64,000 bases of DNA from Eledone cirrhosa (taxonomy: Eukaryota), in NCBI GenBank assembly GCA_964016885.1, contig OZ024742.1, positions 376,216,001 through 376,280,000 of the forward strand, in the 5' to 3' direction. Below are positions 10,913 to 21,800 of the stretch, piece after piece. The notes under the pieces are model-generated. The model was not told the DNA's origin. It made no database searches and saw only the letters and a list, made by a program, of their open reading frames with translations. The position numbers and the translations under genes are program-made. Each line of letters starts with the position of its first letter. The first letter of the stretch is position 1.

Positions 10913-11056
10913 ATTGTCTTCACGTCTCGACTACATTCTGTAAACTAGTCAGCCGTGACAGACAGTGTTTAGTAAGGTGTGTTCAAATTGCTGTTACAGC
11001 TGTCTCCTTCATTCTGAAATAACAAAAGTTGACAGGTCAGTTTATTAGATATATAG

Positions 11057-11402
11057 TAATACAGAAGACCCGACTTCCCACGGGTACAAGCTGAAGCATA
11101 TAGACAATATGCCCCCATCCTCTCCCACTGCAAAGTGGCTGTGGAGGGGCCACGACAAAAAAGCACCCAGCCCACACTGTAAAGTGGCCGTGTAGGCACC
11201 ACGGTAAAAAAGCACCCAGCACTCACTGTAAATGAGGTTGGTGTTAGGAAGGGCATCCAGCTGTAGAAATCAAGCCAGAATCAGTTCCTGTATAAGCAAG
11301 GCATGGTCACCCAACCTGACATTGCCCACAACAGGACAACCCGTCTAACCCATGCTAGTGTGGAAGAATGGACGTAAAACAGTGGTGATGATGATGATGA
11401 TG
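11057..11402 (+). mobile_element. RTE LINE family A, 3' end
   Basis: Reverse complement of the 3' UTR at 15950-16285; ends in (GAT)n. Confidence 0.9.
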
Positions 11403-11543
11403 AGGATAGTAATGATAAAATTACAATAATCTAGGACAGTTATAACTACCTCTCCTAAAAAAAGTCTCAAAACTTCTAGAATGCACCTTGTAAATATAAA
11501 CATTAGGTGTCTCTTCCAATTTTTATTATTAATATCTTCCCTA

Positions 11544-11758
11544 GGGAGGTGGATTGGCAGTATCAGTTGGGCATCTGGACAACATGCTTTGAAGCATAGA
11601 GTTATGGCCCTATGCGTTCTGCGTTCAAATCCCGCCGAGGTTAGCTTTACCTTTCATTTTTATGGGTTCAATAAAATAAAGTACCAGTAATGCACTGGGG
11701 TTGATTTAATCAATTCCCCCCCTCTTAAAATTGTTGGCTTGTACCTAAATCAGAAACC
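11544..11758 (+). mobile_element. tRNA-derived SINE (octopus-type)
   Basis: B-box-like GTTCAAATCCC and the body 'ctttcat...aataaagtaccagt'. A 19-bp direct repeat ATTATTAATATCTTCCCTA lies at 11525-11543 and 11759-11777. Confidence 0.85.
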
Positions 11759-11781
11759 ATTATTAATATCTTCCCTATTTA

Positions 11782-11994
11782 CAGGGTGTCCCTAAAATCT
11801 GGGGTCCTTCAGGGATGATGTCCATTAAAAACATCTGCTATCTTTTGATATGACCCTCCTTCACATCTACTGAGAAGTAACAGTTCAACCATTTCTTCTT
11901 TCAACAAACTCATATTTAATCTGTGGGGCCAAAAATATTAGAGTTAGTTATAAATAGTGATATTTCTTATGTGTCCAGATTTTAGGACACCATG
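11782..11994. mobile_element. Tc1/mariner-type MITE
   Basis: TA-CAGGGTGTCCCTAAAATCTGG ... CCAGATTTTAGGACACCATG-TA. Confidence 0.8.
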
Positions 11995-12103
11995 TATATA
12001 TATATATATATGTATGTGTGTGTTTGTTTTATATATATATATATATATATAAAACAAGAAGTGTAAGTCAACAGGTTAAAATTAACTTTGTTTATTCATA
12101 TTC

Positions 12104-12162
12104 GCTGCAATATATATTTCAGTGATAGCCATTATTCAACAGTTATGACCTCATCAGGCAGC
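12104..12162 (-). ncRNA. Type-I minimal hammerhead ribozyme motif
   Basis: Minus strand reads gctgc-CTGATGA-ggtcataac...gctatcact-GAAA-tatata-TT-gcagc. Stem I is perfect, stem II imperfect, stem III palindromic. Confidence 0.75.
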
Positions 12163-12255
12163 TAGAACTTGAACAGAAAAAACAGGGAAATATAATGGTG
12201 GAATAAAGTTGATATGCCCAGATCCGAAAAGTAGTGGCAACCAACACAAACTCAA

Positions 12256-12287
<32 letters not shown>

Positions 12288-12611
12288 CAGAAGATAAGAT
12301 GATTATACGTGGATGTTACACTGTAACTTCTTGAGGATAAGCTGGTTTAAGTAATTCAAAAGCACTTCACATCAGTTGTTTATTCCAGCTAAAAGTTGGT
12401 GATTAGGAGTGACAGAGTATTTATTTATCAAATTAAAAGTAAAGACAGAGTTACTTCATCATGCTTTATTGCCTGATATATATTTATGTTACATCATTAT
12501 TCATGTGACTTCATCAGATTCTCATCCTATCATAGGTGTAGTTATGCAATCATTGGGTTATATCACTGGTCATGTATTACTGTCCAGTTGTGATGCCAGC
12601 AGGTATATATA

Positions 12612-12876
12612 TATCATCATCATCATCATTTTACGTCCGTTTTTCTCTGCTTGCAAGGGTGGGACGGGTACTATTCAGCACAGCATCTCTCCACTTGTCA
12701 CGGTCCTTCGTCATCTCCTTGGTGAGTTTCAGCGATCTGAGGTCTGCTCTCACCACCTCCACCCATGTTGTTTGTGGTTTTCCTTCTACTGGGATTTCTT
12801 GGCACATCTTTACCCAGCGGTCATCCTCCATGCGTATCACGTCCATACCATTTCGGCCTTCTTTCCTGCACACCAC
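12612..12876 (-). mobile_element. RTE LINE family C, short 3' end
   Basis: Encodes MEDDRWVKMCQEIPVEG...TWVEVVRADL...DRDKWR; has a (GAT)n tail; related to 28945-29185. Confidence 0.8.
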
Positions 12877-13412
12877 ATATGTATATACACAGCATTTATC
12901 TGTCTATGGCTTCTGACGAAGATGGTGAGATGTATCTATAGTATCAAGACTAACAATATGGAGTTACATAACTGCTATCGATTAGTCACTATATTGATCT
13001 ATCATGATCAATCAATCTTCTGAAATTATCATAAAACAATGAACTGATTAAGCACTAAACTTCGCCTTTTGATTTCATTGTTCAACACACACACATATAT
13101 AGGTGTGTGTATTTTGTATATCTAGCGATATACGGTATGTTTATGAATAAACATTTGAATGCCCTCAGCTATTAATTTTGGAAGCTGATGACATAGAACC
13201 ATCAGGTGGATTCCAGCAGAAGCAGGGGCAGGTAACTGTTGATGGTCACTGTTTCTGACTCTGGTCATTGTCGAGACAACACTCCCTCACCCTGCTCTCT
13301 GCTGGAACTCAATACATTGGTAGGTGTTAAAACTGCCAAAGTCCATCTCAATGGCTGAAACCCTGGAGTTCTGTCTTTCGTTTGTATTTATATTTTCAAA
13401 AAATAAATGTTT

Positions 13413-13483
13413 AGGTCATACCCAATGACTGGCGAAGCAGCATCATCGTCAGCTGCTACAAAGGCAAAGGTGATGCTCTAGAC
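13413..13483 (+). mobile_element. Left part of an RTE RT fragment split by the hAT insertion
   Basis: Translates VIPNDWRSSIIVSCYKGKGDALD and continues at 26410. Confidence 0.88.
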
Positions 13484-14095
13484 CAAAGGTTCTCAACCCA
13501 TTTCGGCCAAATGCCTCCCTTTTGACCCTCGAAATCACGAAACGCCCTCCTACTCTTTTTTTCCATTTTTCAATATACTACTGATTTTGATATCAGTAGA
13601 TTACTAAAAAATTGATTAACGATATTCCAAAGATACCATTGCAGGCAGTTGAAAGTATAAATACATTCCTTGAAAGGAAGTATATAAATTTCAAAAAAAG
13701 GAACATAAATGTTCTTTTTTATGAATAAGGACCAGTTGAATTTGTTATATTCCCACCAGGCGATACCAACTATTTTGAACATTTATACAAGAGCAACTCT
13801 GTCTATCCAAAGAGTGCTCTTATCTGGAGGAAGGTGGCAATTGTATTATTTCAAAGCTTTCCAATTTTCCCTTTAATGAAACGGACAGAATAAATGTTGA
13901 TATCTAACTTGATGTCCCCTCCGCTTTGTGAGCTTAGAGACCACGCAAGAGGGTTTTCATGACCACGTAAGAGGGTATATTCATTAGTAAACGGTAAAAT
14001 ATATACAACAAATGAGTAAGTGAATTGTGGTAGATGGTTTCCAGTCCAGTCAGACTGCAACTACAAATAAAAAATCAACTTACTTTGACCTCGTT

Positions 14096-15852
14096 TCAAT
14101 GGGACCCTTGAGCTTCATGGAGTTTAGCTAATTCTTTGACGCCAGGCTGTATTTTTGTAAGATGTAGCCGGTGATCTCCACGTGCAATCACATTGTAGTG
14201 GTTGCGAGACTTACTATGCAGTCTGGAAACAACGCCAAACCCCCTCTCGACTAAGTATGAGCTAGGAAAAGGCAAAGCAAATCTCTTAGCCTCTGAATGT
14301 AGGAGTGGAAATCGACGCTGAATTTCCTCTTGCATCCAAAAAGGGGGTTCACCTATTTTGGAAAATTTTATTTTGATAATGTCATCTGTCTGAAGTTCAA
14401 TTAATTCTTCCTGAAATTTAACGTCAAAATCGTCGATGTTAGCTATGAAGGGATCTGCTATCCACATTGGGATGTCCATCTGCAAAAGGTCGACAAACCG
14501 TTCTCTCATATTGTATAAATTTGGAGTTGGTCATTGCTCACAATGTTTTGAACATTGGGGACACTAGGAAAATTATAGAATTCCCGTTGACAAAGATTCC
14601 TTTCGATGACTTTCAATTTGCCCAGGAATATTTTCACAGCATTCCTTGCTTTAAACAAGGTGATCTTCTCCCCCTGCAAAGCCATAATGAGGCTATTGCA
14701 TTTGTCGAAGATGTCGGCGAGGTAGGCGCTGTCTTGCCTCACATCGAGGTTTTTTTTATACAGTTCTGTGTTGCGTCCTCGAAGAAACTCAATGATAGAG
14801 TCGAACAGTTCAAAGAAGCAAGTGAGGCACTTGCCCTTTGAAAGCCACCTCACTTCAGTATGAAGGAGCAACTCGACGAATTCTTCGTCATTATCTTCGC
14901 AAAGTTGCCAGAAAATTTGTTCATTGCGGGCATGGCGTTTGATATAGTTGATGACATCAATGACTACCTGCAAAGACTTGCTCAGCGGCTCGCTGAGTTT
15001 CTTTGCAGCCAAGTGTTGTCGATGAATGACACAATGAACAACAAATACAGATGGATTTTCCCTCTTCAGAAGAGAGACGAAACCCTTATGTTGGCCGACC
15101 ATTGCTCTTGCGCAGTCCGTAGCACATGATACAATATTGTTAAGAGGTATCTCTTTTACTTCGAGGTATCCCTTGACAGATTCAAAGATGGTGGCACCTT
15201 TAGTATCTGTGGCTAGATTCAGAGTAAAGAGAAGCTCCTCGTGCATTTCGTTTTGGTGGAAAAATTGCACGTATCCCAGTAGTAAGGACTGATTCCTGGA
15301 AAGTGTGCTTTCATCATGTTGCAAAGCAAATTGTGTCGATTTCAAGATGTTGCATAATTTTTGTTCAACATTTTCCGCCATTTCGTCGATGCCTCTCCTT
15401 ATTGAGTCGTTACTCAACGGAATACATTTCAAGGTCTTTAACGGGTTCTGACGTAGTACTGTTGAAAGAACTTCTGAGATGACAGGGGCTACCAATGTTT
15501 CACCCAAGGAATGGGGCTTGCCACACTTTGCGATTATGTTGGCAATATTGTAAGATGCGACAAGTCCATCAACATTTGAAGCTTCAACTTTTGAAAAGGC
15601 AGAAGAAATTAGTGTTGTTTTCTGGAATTGGTCCCTAAGAGACTGAAAGTATGCTAAATCTTTATATCTCTTATCGGGGTGCCTCACCTCCAGGTGTCTA
15701 CTCAAACGCGATGGCTTCATCGCCTCATTCAAAAAGGACTCCTTGCAAATTAAACACATGGGTGACAGGTGGTTCGACGGCGATGGGATGAATCCGAACC
15801 GTAAGTAATCAACGCTGTACTGCCTGCATTTTTTCTTCATTGCTGAGGCCAT
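14096..15852 (-). pseudogene. Buster-family hAT transposase (related to ZBED5/ZBED8/SCAND3), frameshifted near 14507
   Basis: BED finger (CLIC...HLEVRH), DEST, ATD, CVIHRQHL, TEVRWLSKG, PFPSSYLVERGF and C-terminal QGSH, split over two ORFs in different frames. Confidence 0.93.
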
Positions 15853-15949
15853 TTTCTGTTTAGCGAATGTGTTTGGTAAAATTACGCAAAGATTTGCCTA
15901 TATAAGCCTATAAAATTATGTATAAGGAACTTACTATAATGAGTCCTGT

Positions 15950-17057
15950 TCATCATCATCATCATCACTGTTTTACGTCTGTTCTTCCACGCTAGCATGG
16001 GTTAGACGGGTTGTCCTGTTGTGGGCAGTGTCTGGTCGGCTGACCATGCCTTGCTCATACAGGAACTGATTTGGCTTGATTTCTACAGCTGGATGCCCTT
16101 CCTAACACCAACCTCATTTACAGTGAGTGCTGGGTGCTTTTTTGTGGCGCCTACACGGCCACTTTACAGTGTGGGCTGGGTGCTTTTTTGCCGTGGCACC
16201 TCCACGGCCACCTTGGGGTGGGGGGGGGGCATATTGTCTATATGCTTCAGCTTGTACCCATGGGAGGTCGGGTACTCTGTATTACTGCGTGACGCCAGAA
16301 GTCACGGTCGTGTGTCATTGCCTTTGAGAGGTGTAATTGGGTAAGGTCGGCTTTTATCACCTCATCCCAGGTCATCTTGGGTCTCCCCACTCCGCGGTTT
16401 CCATCAACTTCTAGTGTTCTGCACCTTTTTATGCAGCTGTCATCCTTCATACGCATCACATGTCCATACCAGCGCAAGCGCCTCTCCTGCACACAGCATT
16501 TGATACCTCTTATGCTCAGTCTCTCTCTCACTTCATTTATGCTTTGTCGTTCACGTATATTATTGTTACACATCCATCGGAGCATGCAGGCTTCGTTTCT
16601 CTCTAATCTACGTAAGTCTTCCACCTTCAGCGCCCAGGTCTCACTACCATGCAACATTGCTGTTCGGATACACGCATCATACAGTCTGCCTTTCATTCTG
16701 AGGGAGAAGCCTTTTGCAGCTAGCAGTGGTAGTAGTTCCCTAAACTTCTTCCATCCCGTTCTTACCCTAGTTATTGTACTTTCTGAACACCCACCTCCGC
16801 TGCTAATTCGGTCACCTAGGTAGCAGAAGCTGTCTACTGTTTCTACAGGGCCCTCCCAGAGATTGGTGGTACTTGTTTCCTGTGGCTGTTTGCTGCTTGC
16901 TGTCTCAGCACAGCTGCTGCATGTGAATCCTACATTCTTAATTAAGCTTCCTGAGATCCCGCTACATCTCTTGTGTACCCATTGTTTGCATTTGGGGCAG
17001 AGAATGGAGTTCCTACCTACACCTTTCCTACATACTGAGCAAGGCCATTTCCCTGAG
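15950..17057 (-). mobile_element. RTE LINE family A, 5'-truncated
   Basis: ORF 16247-17131 has a PHD-like Cys finger, YLG, LHGSETW, RLRWYGHV and GRP. 3' UTR and (GAT)n tail present; near identical to 30305-31410. Confidence 0.93.
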
Positions 17058-17650
17058 TTCCAGTATGATAAAGTTTCAAGTAATGTTCTGGAATAACACT
17101 TTGTAATAAACAAAACTGCAATGAAAAACACAAATACTGTCTTTCATGTAGGAAAAACTTAGCTTGAGGGAATTAAGGTGGCAGACTCAATAAAGGATCA
17201 ATGAGGCAACAAGTTCAATAGAACTTAATGTAAGAATGACTAGTAATGTGCTATTTTGAAATGGAATTCATCAATTAAGCACGTAGTGATAAGACGCGAT
17301 AATACTAAGTTAAGACATTACTTATTAGTCAGAGTTACTCAAATTATCGCCCTTACCTTAATGCATCACTGTGATATTCTTGTAATGGTGCTGCAATTAT
17401 AATGGATGACTGTTGAAGACTACAAAAGCACTTCCTTAAGCCCAAGGCTATAACAAGACTTGATCGTAGTATATATAAACAGTCAGTTTATATAGGAATA
17501 GCAACAACCTAGTTATAGAATAAATGATGTGGAAATGCAATGAAGAGAAGATGGGGTCAAGCAAACCGAATGTTAGTAAGAATGAGCTGAAGTATCGAGG
17601 TCAAGCCGAACACGGTATTGAACGGGTCAGTGAATAATGTTGCTCTTTTC

Positions 17651-19063
17651 CAGGGCCTTCATTTGCCTTAAAAATGTGAGGGGGACAAACTAACATTTGT
17701 TGGAGCATGTTAGTATTACTTATGGTGTCTTTCCTGAATCCTATCACATAAGTAAACATTTCTTTACGCTAATTAAATTTTATATATTCAAATGAAGTTC
17801 AGATATAAAAAAAAATGAGCTTAAAAAGTATTTATTATATCAAATAAACAAAAAATAAAACATAGACGTTTGAATAAAAATCATATAAAGTAAATTTACT
17901 GTCTTTTAGAACTTTCCAAATGTATCATATCTCGCATCAATGCTGTCAATAAATAATTTAGCAACTTCTTCACAACTAATCTTTTTCAAAACATCTTTAT
18001 GAGCATCTCATATTAGAATATGATTCAACCTTTGCTGAATCATGGTCTATCGCAACCAAGTTTTGAGTCTCTGCAGAGCGCTAAAAGATCTTTCAGCTTC
18101 ACAAGAACTGGTTGGAAACATTAAAAGTAGCCTGAGCAATCGCTCAACATTTAGAAACATGCGATGGACTTCTGGTTGCATTTCACCGAATATTTTATGA
18201 TGATCCTCGAGAGATGATCCACTATGATGATTTCTATAAAAAAGTATTTCGTTCCTTAAAGAAAATTCATCAATCTCTGGATACTGCATGATCAGTTCAG
18301 CACAAACATTTCCATTGAGTAAAATATTGCTCAGTTTTTCATAATTTGCTAAATCCTGTGAAAAAAATAATCTTTCAAATTTGATATTGCAGTATCCGCT
18401 ACCTGCAAATACTGCACTCTGTAATGATCCAAAGCAGTGCAGTGTTGATATTTTAACGCATTTCCTTCCTGGTATCTTTTAGGAACTTTTCGTTGCCTGG
18501 GTAGCTCAAAAGGAGAAATATCGAGTTGATAAATCATTTTTTCTGCTGTATTGAACAGCTCCTGAAATTTTTCTTCACTGCGTAGATTTTTTTAGCTCCT
18601 CCTGCACCAGTTTGACACTATGCAACATGCCACCTAGATTGAAGGTGGTACTTTGAAAAGATTTGTTCAATCCTTCAAGGAAATGAAGTAATGGAACTAC
18701 AACGTGCAATCTAAGAACACATTGGCCCGGAGAGTGACACGTAAGAATAACATTAGCTCTGGATGCAATGTTGGTGCCAAACTCATTTGTTGCCTCTTGT
18801 AAAGAAATAGGGACATCTGAATAATTGTCAAGAAGGGCTTTGACTGCAGAAAGTCGTGTTAGCCATCAGGTGTTAAGGAGCGTGGTGACGATACTTCATT
18901 TTCTTCATCATGTTGTGATAAATATGCTTGCTTAAATTTCCCTGATGTACTATATAGTTTCCGCAATTCATTCACGTAATCTAGAACATTTTTGATAAGT
19001 GAAGCTTGTTGTACGGACTTAGTTATAATAAGTTGAGAAATATGAATGCCGCAGTGCACGTAA
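17651..19063 (-). mobile_element. Second hAT element (ZMYM1/Tip100-like transposase pseudogene), 5'-truncated
   Basis: YVHCGIH, LPRQRKVPKR, YRVQY and PTSSCEAERSFSALQRLKTWLR (hATC motif) across broken frames. A putative terminus CAGGGCC... lies at 17651. Confidence 0.85.
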
Positions 19064-19782
19064 TGGGCCAAATCAAGTTATGTTAGAATCTTTAAAAAGA
19101 TCTTTAAAAAATACCCGTACAAATTAAATACAAAAAAAGTTTCAGTCCAAAACAAAAGCAAACTATTTCAAATTATATATTTTTGAAAAATAGGCGTGAA
19201 TGTTCACAAAGACTTGATTTCAGTCGAAAAAGCTTTTTTTTTTAAATTCTATATTTCACTGTTAGCTGTTGTAATATTTTGATTGGATAAACAATTCTAC
19301 AATTCAAACTGTAAAGTCAAAATACAAAAGATGTAAAATATGAAAAATTTCTTAAATTTCTCTGAAATCACAAACTCAGGGGGAAAATAGTACCTTGCAA
19401 AATAAAATACCTCGTAGCAAAATAAAATACTTAGCAACGAATGAAGCTTGGAGACAGTGAGAAAGTAGTATTTGTATCCCTTATATATAGATACACAGAC
19501 ACACACAAACATACATAGACATGCACGCACACACACACGCACACACATGCATAGACACACACAAACTTGTGTGTGTGTATGCCTTGCTTTGGGTACAGAA
19601 AGAATTTTGTCTACAGTTTTTTATTGCCAGGTCAAAGGCCACTGTTCTTTTCAACAACGCCAAATAACAATACTCCACACACACACACGTATATATATAT
19701 ATATATATAAAAATGAAGAGAGAAATAGGGAGGGACAGTGAGAGTAAGAAATGTGTGTGTACACATCTATCTATCTATCTCC

Positions 19783-20208
19783 AATGGGGTGCTCACACAT
19801 GCGGCCTGCGAACTACTTATCTGTGGCCCGTGGTAGAACCAATATTTCATATTGCATTATAACTGGTGAAAATAAGGCAGTGAGCTGTGGAATCGTTAGC
19901 ACATCTGGTGGAATCGTTAGCACATCTGGCGAAATGCTTAGCGGTACTTCTTCCATTTTTACGTTCTGAGTTCAAATTCCGCCGATCTCAACTTTGCCTT
20001 ACATCCCTTTGGGGTCGATGAATTAAGTACCAGTTCTGTACTAGGATCGATGCAATCGACTGAACCCTAAACCCCAAATTTCATGTCTTGTTCCTATAGT
20101 AGAAATGATTATAACTGGTGAAAATGTTTCACCCACCACCATGTTTGGCCCACTGTGCCTCTCCTCCAGGACGTAATAGCCCTTTTGTGTCCTTGAGTTT
20201 GAGACCCC
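19783..20208. mobile_element. hAT-type MITE interrupted by a SINE
   Basis: Ends GGGGTGCTCAcacatgcggcc and gagtTTGAGACCCC, with GGCCC subterminal motifs. Confidence 0.6.
19874..20107 (+). mobile_element. tRNA-derived SINE (octopus-type)
   Basis: GAGTTCAAATTCCGCC B-box and the same body as 11544. An 18-bp direct repeat ATTATAACTGGTGAAAAT lies at 19856-19873 and 20108-20125. Confidence 0.88.
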
Positions 20209-20269
20209 TCTTCTACACACACACACACACATATATATTTCACTTTTTTCTGTCTCTGGACTACGCACA

Positions 20270-20480
20270 TTCTGGAGCATCACCTTGGTTAGTTAGGGGG
20301 ACGTTAACAAACCAACAAGCATTGTGGGAGGGCAAACACAAACAGACATATATACATATATACGACGGGCTTCTTTTAGTTTCGGTCTATCAAATCCACT
20401 CACAGGGCTTTGGTCGGGCCAGGCAGTGGGACTGAACCTGGAAACATGTGGTTGGGAAGCAAGCTTCTTGGCACACTGCA
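20270..20480 (-). mobile_element. Second SINE family, internally deleted
   Basis: 'tacgacgggcttctt...caaatccactcacagggctttggtcgg...gcagtgggactgaacc...gtggttgggaagcaagctt'; the minus strand has a B-box GGTTCAGTCCC. It resembles an abundant octopus SINE (recalled, not searched). Confidence 0.7.
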
Positions 20481-20493
20481 TATATATATATAC

Positions 20494-20977
20494 ACACTTA
20501 CACCTCTCCAAGACAATGTCACTGGACCGAGACCTTTGGCGGTACTCAGTAACAGAGAAGACCCGCCTTATCTAAATACATAGTAAAACCTACTACAGCC
20601 AGTAGGCATCTCTAACAAAATACACCCCGTCCCACCACCACCACCCCCACCCCATCCACACCACCCCGTTCTATGTAAAGTTATGTTGCTGCCATGCCAT
20701 CCAGGCCGAAACAAATGAGATCGTGTAGGTGTCACGACAAAAAAACACACAGTCCACGCTGTAATGTGGCCGTGTAGACAACACGGTAAAAACCTCCCAG
20801 ACCCACACTGTAAATGTGGTTGGTGTTAGGAAGGGCATCCAACTGTAGAAAACCTGCCAGACAGTCCTATGCGAGCAAGACAATCACTCTTGCCTCAAGT
20901 GGGACTACCCCCGTCCAAACCCATGCAAGCGTGGAACACGGACGTTAAACGTTGATGATGATGATGATGATGATGAT
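20494..20977 (+). mobile_element. RTE LINE family B, 3' end
   Basis: HLHLSKTMSLDRDLWRY, then 3' UTR and (GAT)n; an inverted copy of 21801-22385. Confidence 0.9.
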
Positions 20978-21063
20978 ATATATATAGTAATAATAATAAA
21001 TTTGAAGACTAAAATTCAAAGGATAAGGATAAATATATATCAAATATATAAGAACCTTAGAGC

Positions 21064-21793
21064 AAATATTTATTAAAATAACAGATTAAAGTTTAAGCAA
21101 AGAATCACTGCTTTCACCCTTAACAGGATCTTCTGAAACTAACAAAGTCAATCTGTGAACGCAGAAGTGAATATTTCAAAAAACTTTGCAACCGGAGGAA
21201 GACAGGAAGACGATACTTTGGTTCGTGGTAACGTTCGCTGCTAAAGAACGGGAAAAAACGAATATAATACGTCATTAATAGGAGCGGTGAAAAACAATTA
21301 CACGCAAAGACAGAACCACGTTTATGGGATAAACTCTGAAGCGGAGAATCATTCGGTCTCCTAGTTAGAATTTTAGTCTACGACTTCAGTTATACCATTT
21401 ACGTGGTTTTGTCTTTGCGTGCTATTGTTCTCCACGCTCCACATATGACGTATTATCTTCGTTTTTTCCGTTTATTGCCAGAGAACGTCTCTCTGAACCA
21501 CCTAAGAGAATATTAGTCTACGACTTTCATACCATAAACGTGGTTTTGTCTTTGCGTGTAATTGTTTTTCACCGCTCCAAATAATGACGTATTATATTTG
21601 TTTTTTCCCGTTCTTTGCTACGGAACGTTTCCACGAACCAAAGTATGGTCTTCCTGTTTTCCTCCGGTTGCAACGTTTTTTGAAATATTCACTTCTGCGT
21701 TTACAGATTGACTTTGTTAGTTTCAGAAGATCCCGTTAAGGATGAAAGCAGCGATTCTTTGCTTAAACTTTAATCTGTTATTTTAATAAATAT
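21064..21793. repeat. Long imperfect inverted repeat (~260-bp arms) with a third partial copy in the spacer
   Basis: 21064-21327 is the reverse complement of 21532-21793; 21370-21490 repeats 21510-21630. Confidence 0.92.
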
Positions 21794-21800
21794 ATATATA

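Noticed and set aside
12906-13040. CTGACGA...GAAA-ttatca-TA possible hammerhead
   Set aside because: Stem I is mismatched and stem II is out of register by 3 nt. At best a decayed relic, so it was not counted.
14096-15852. Domesticated ZBED-type host gene
   Set aside because: It is frameshifted and lies between TIRs with TSDs, so it is a transposon copy.
17060-17650. Unassigned sequence inside the hAT element, possibly a solo LTR
   Set aside because: No clear TG...CA ends, TSD or second copy could be identified.
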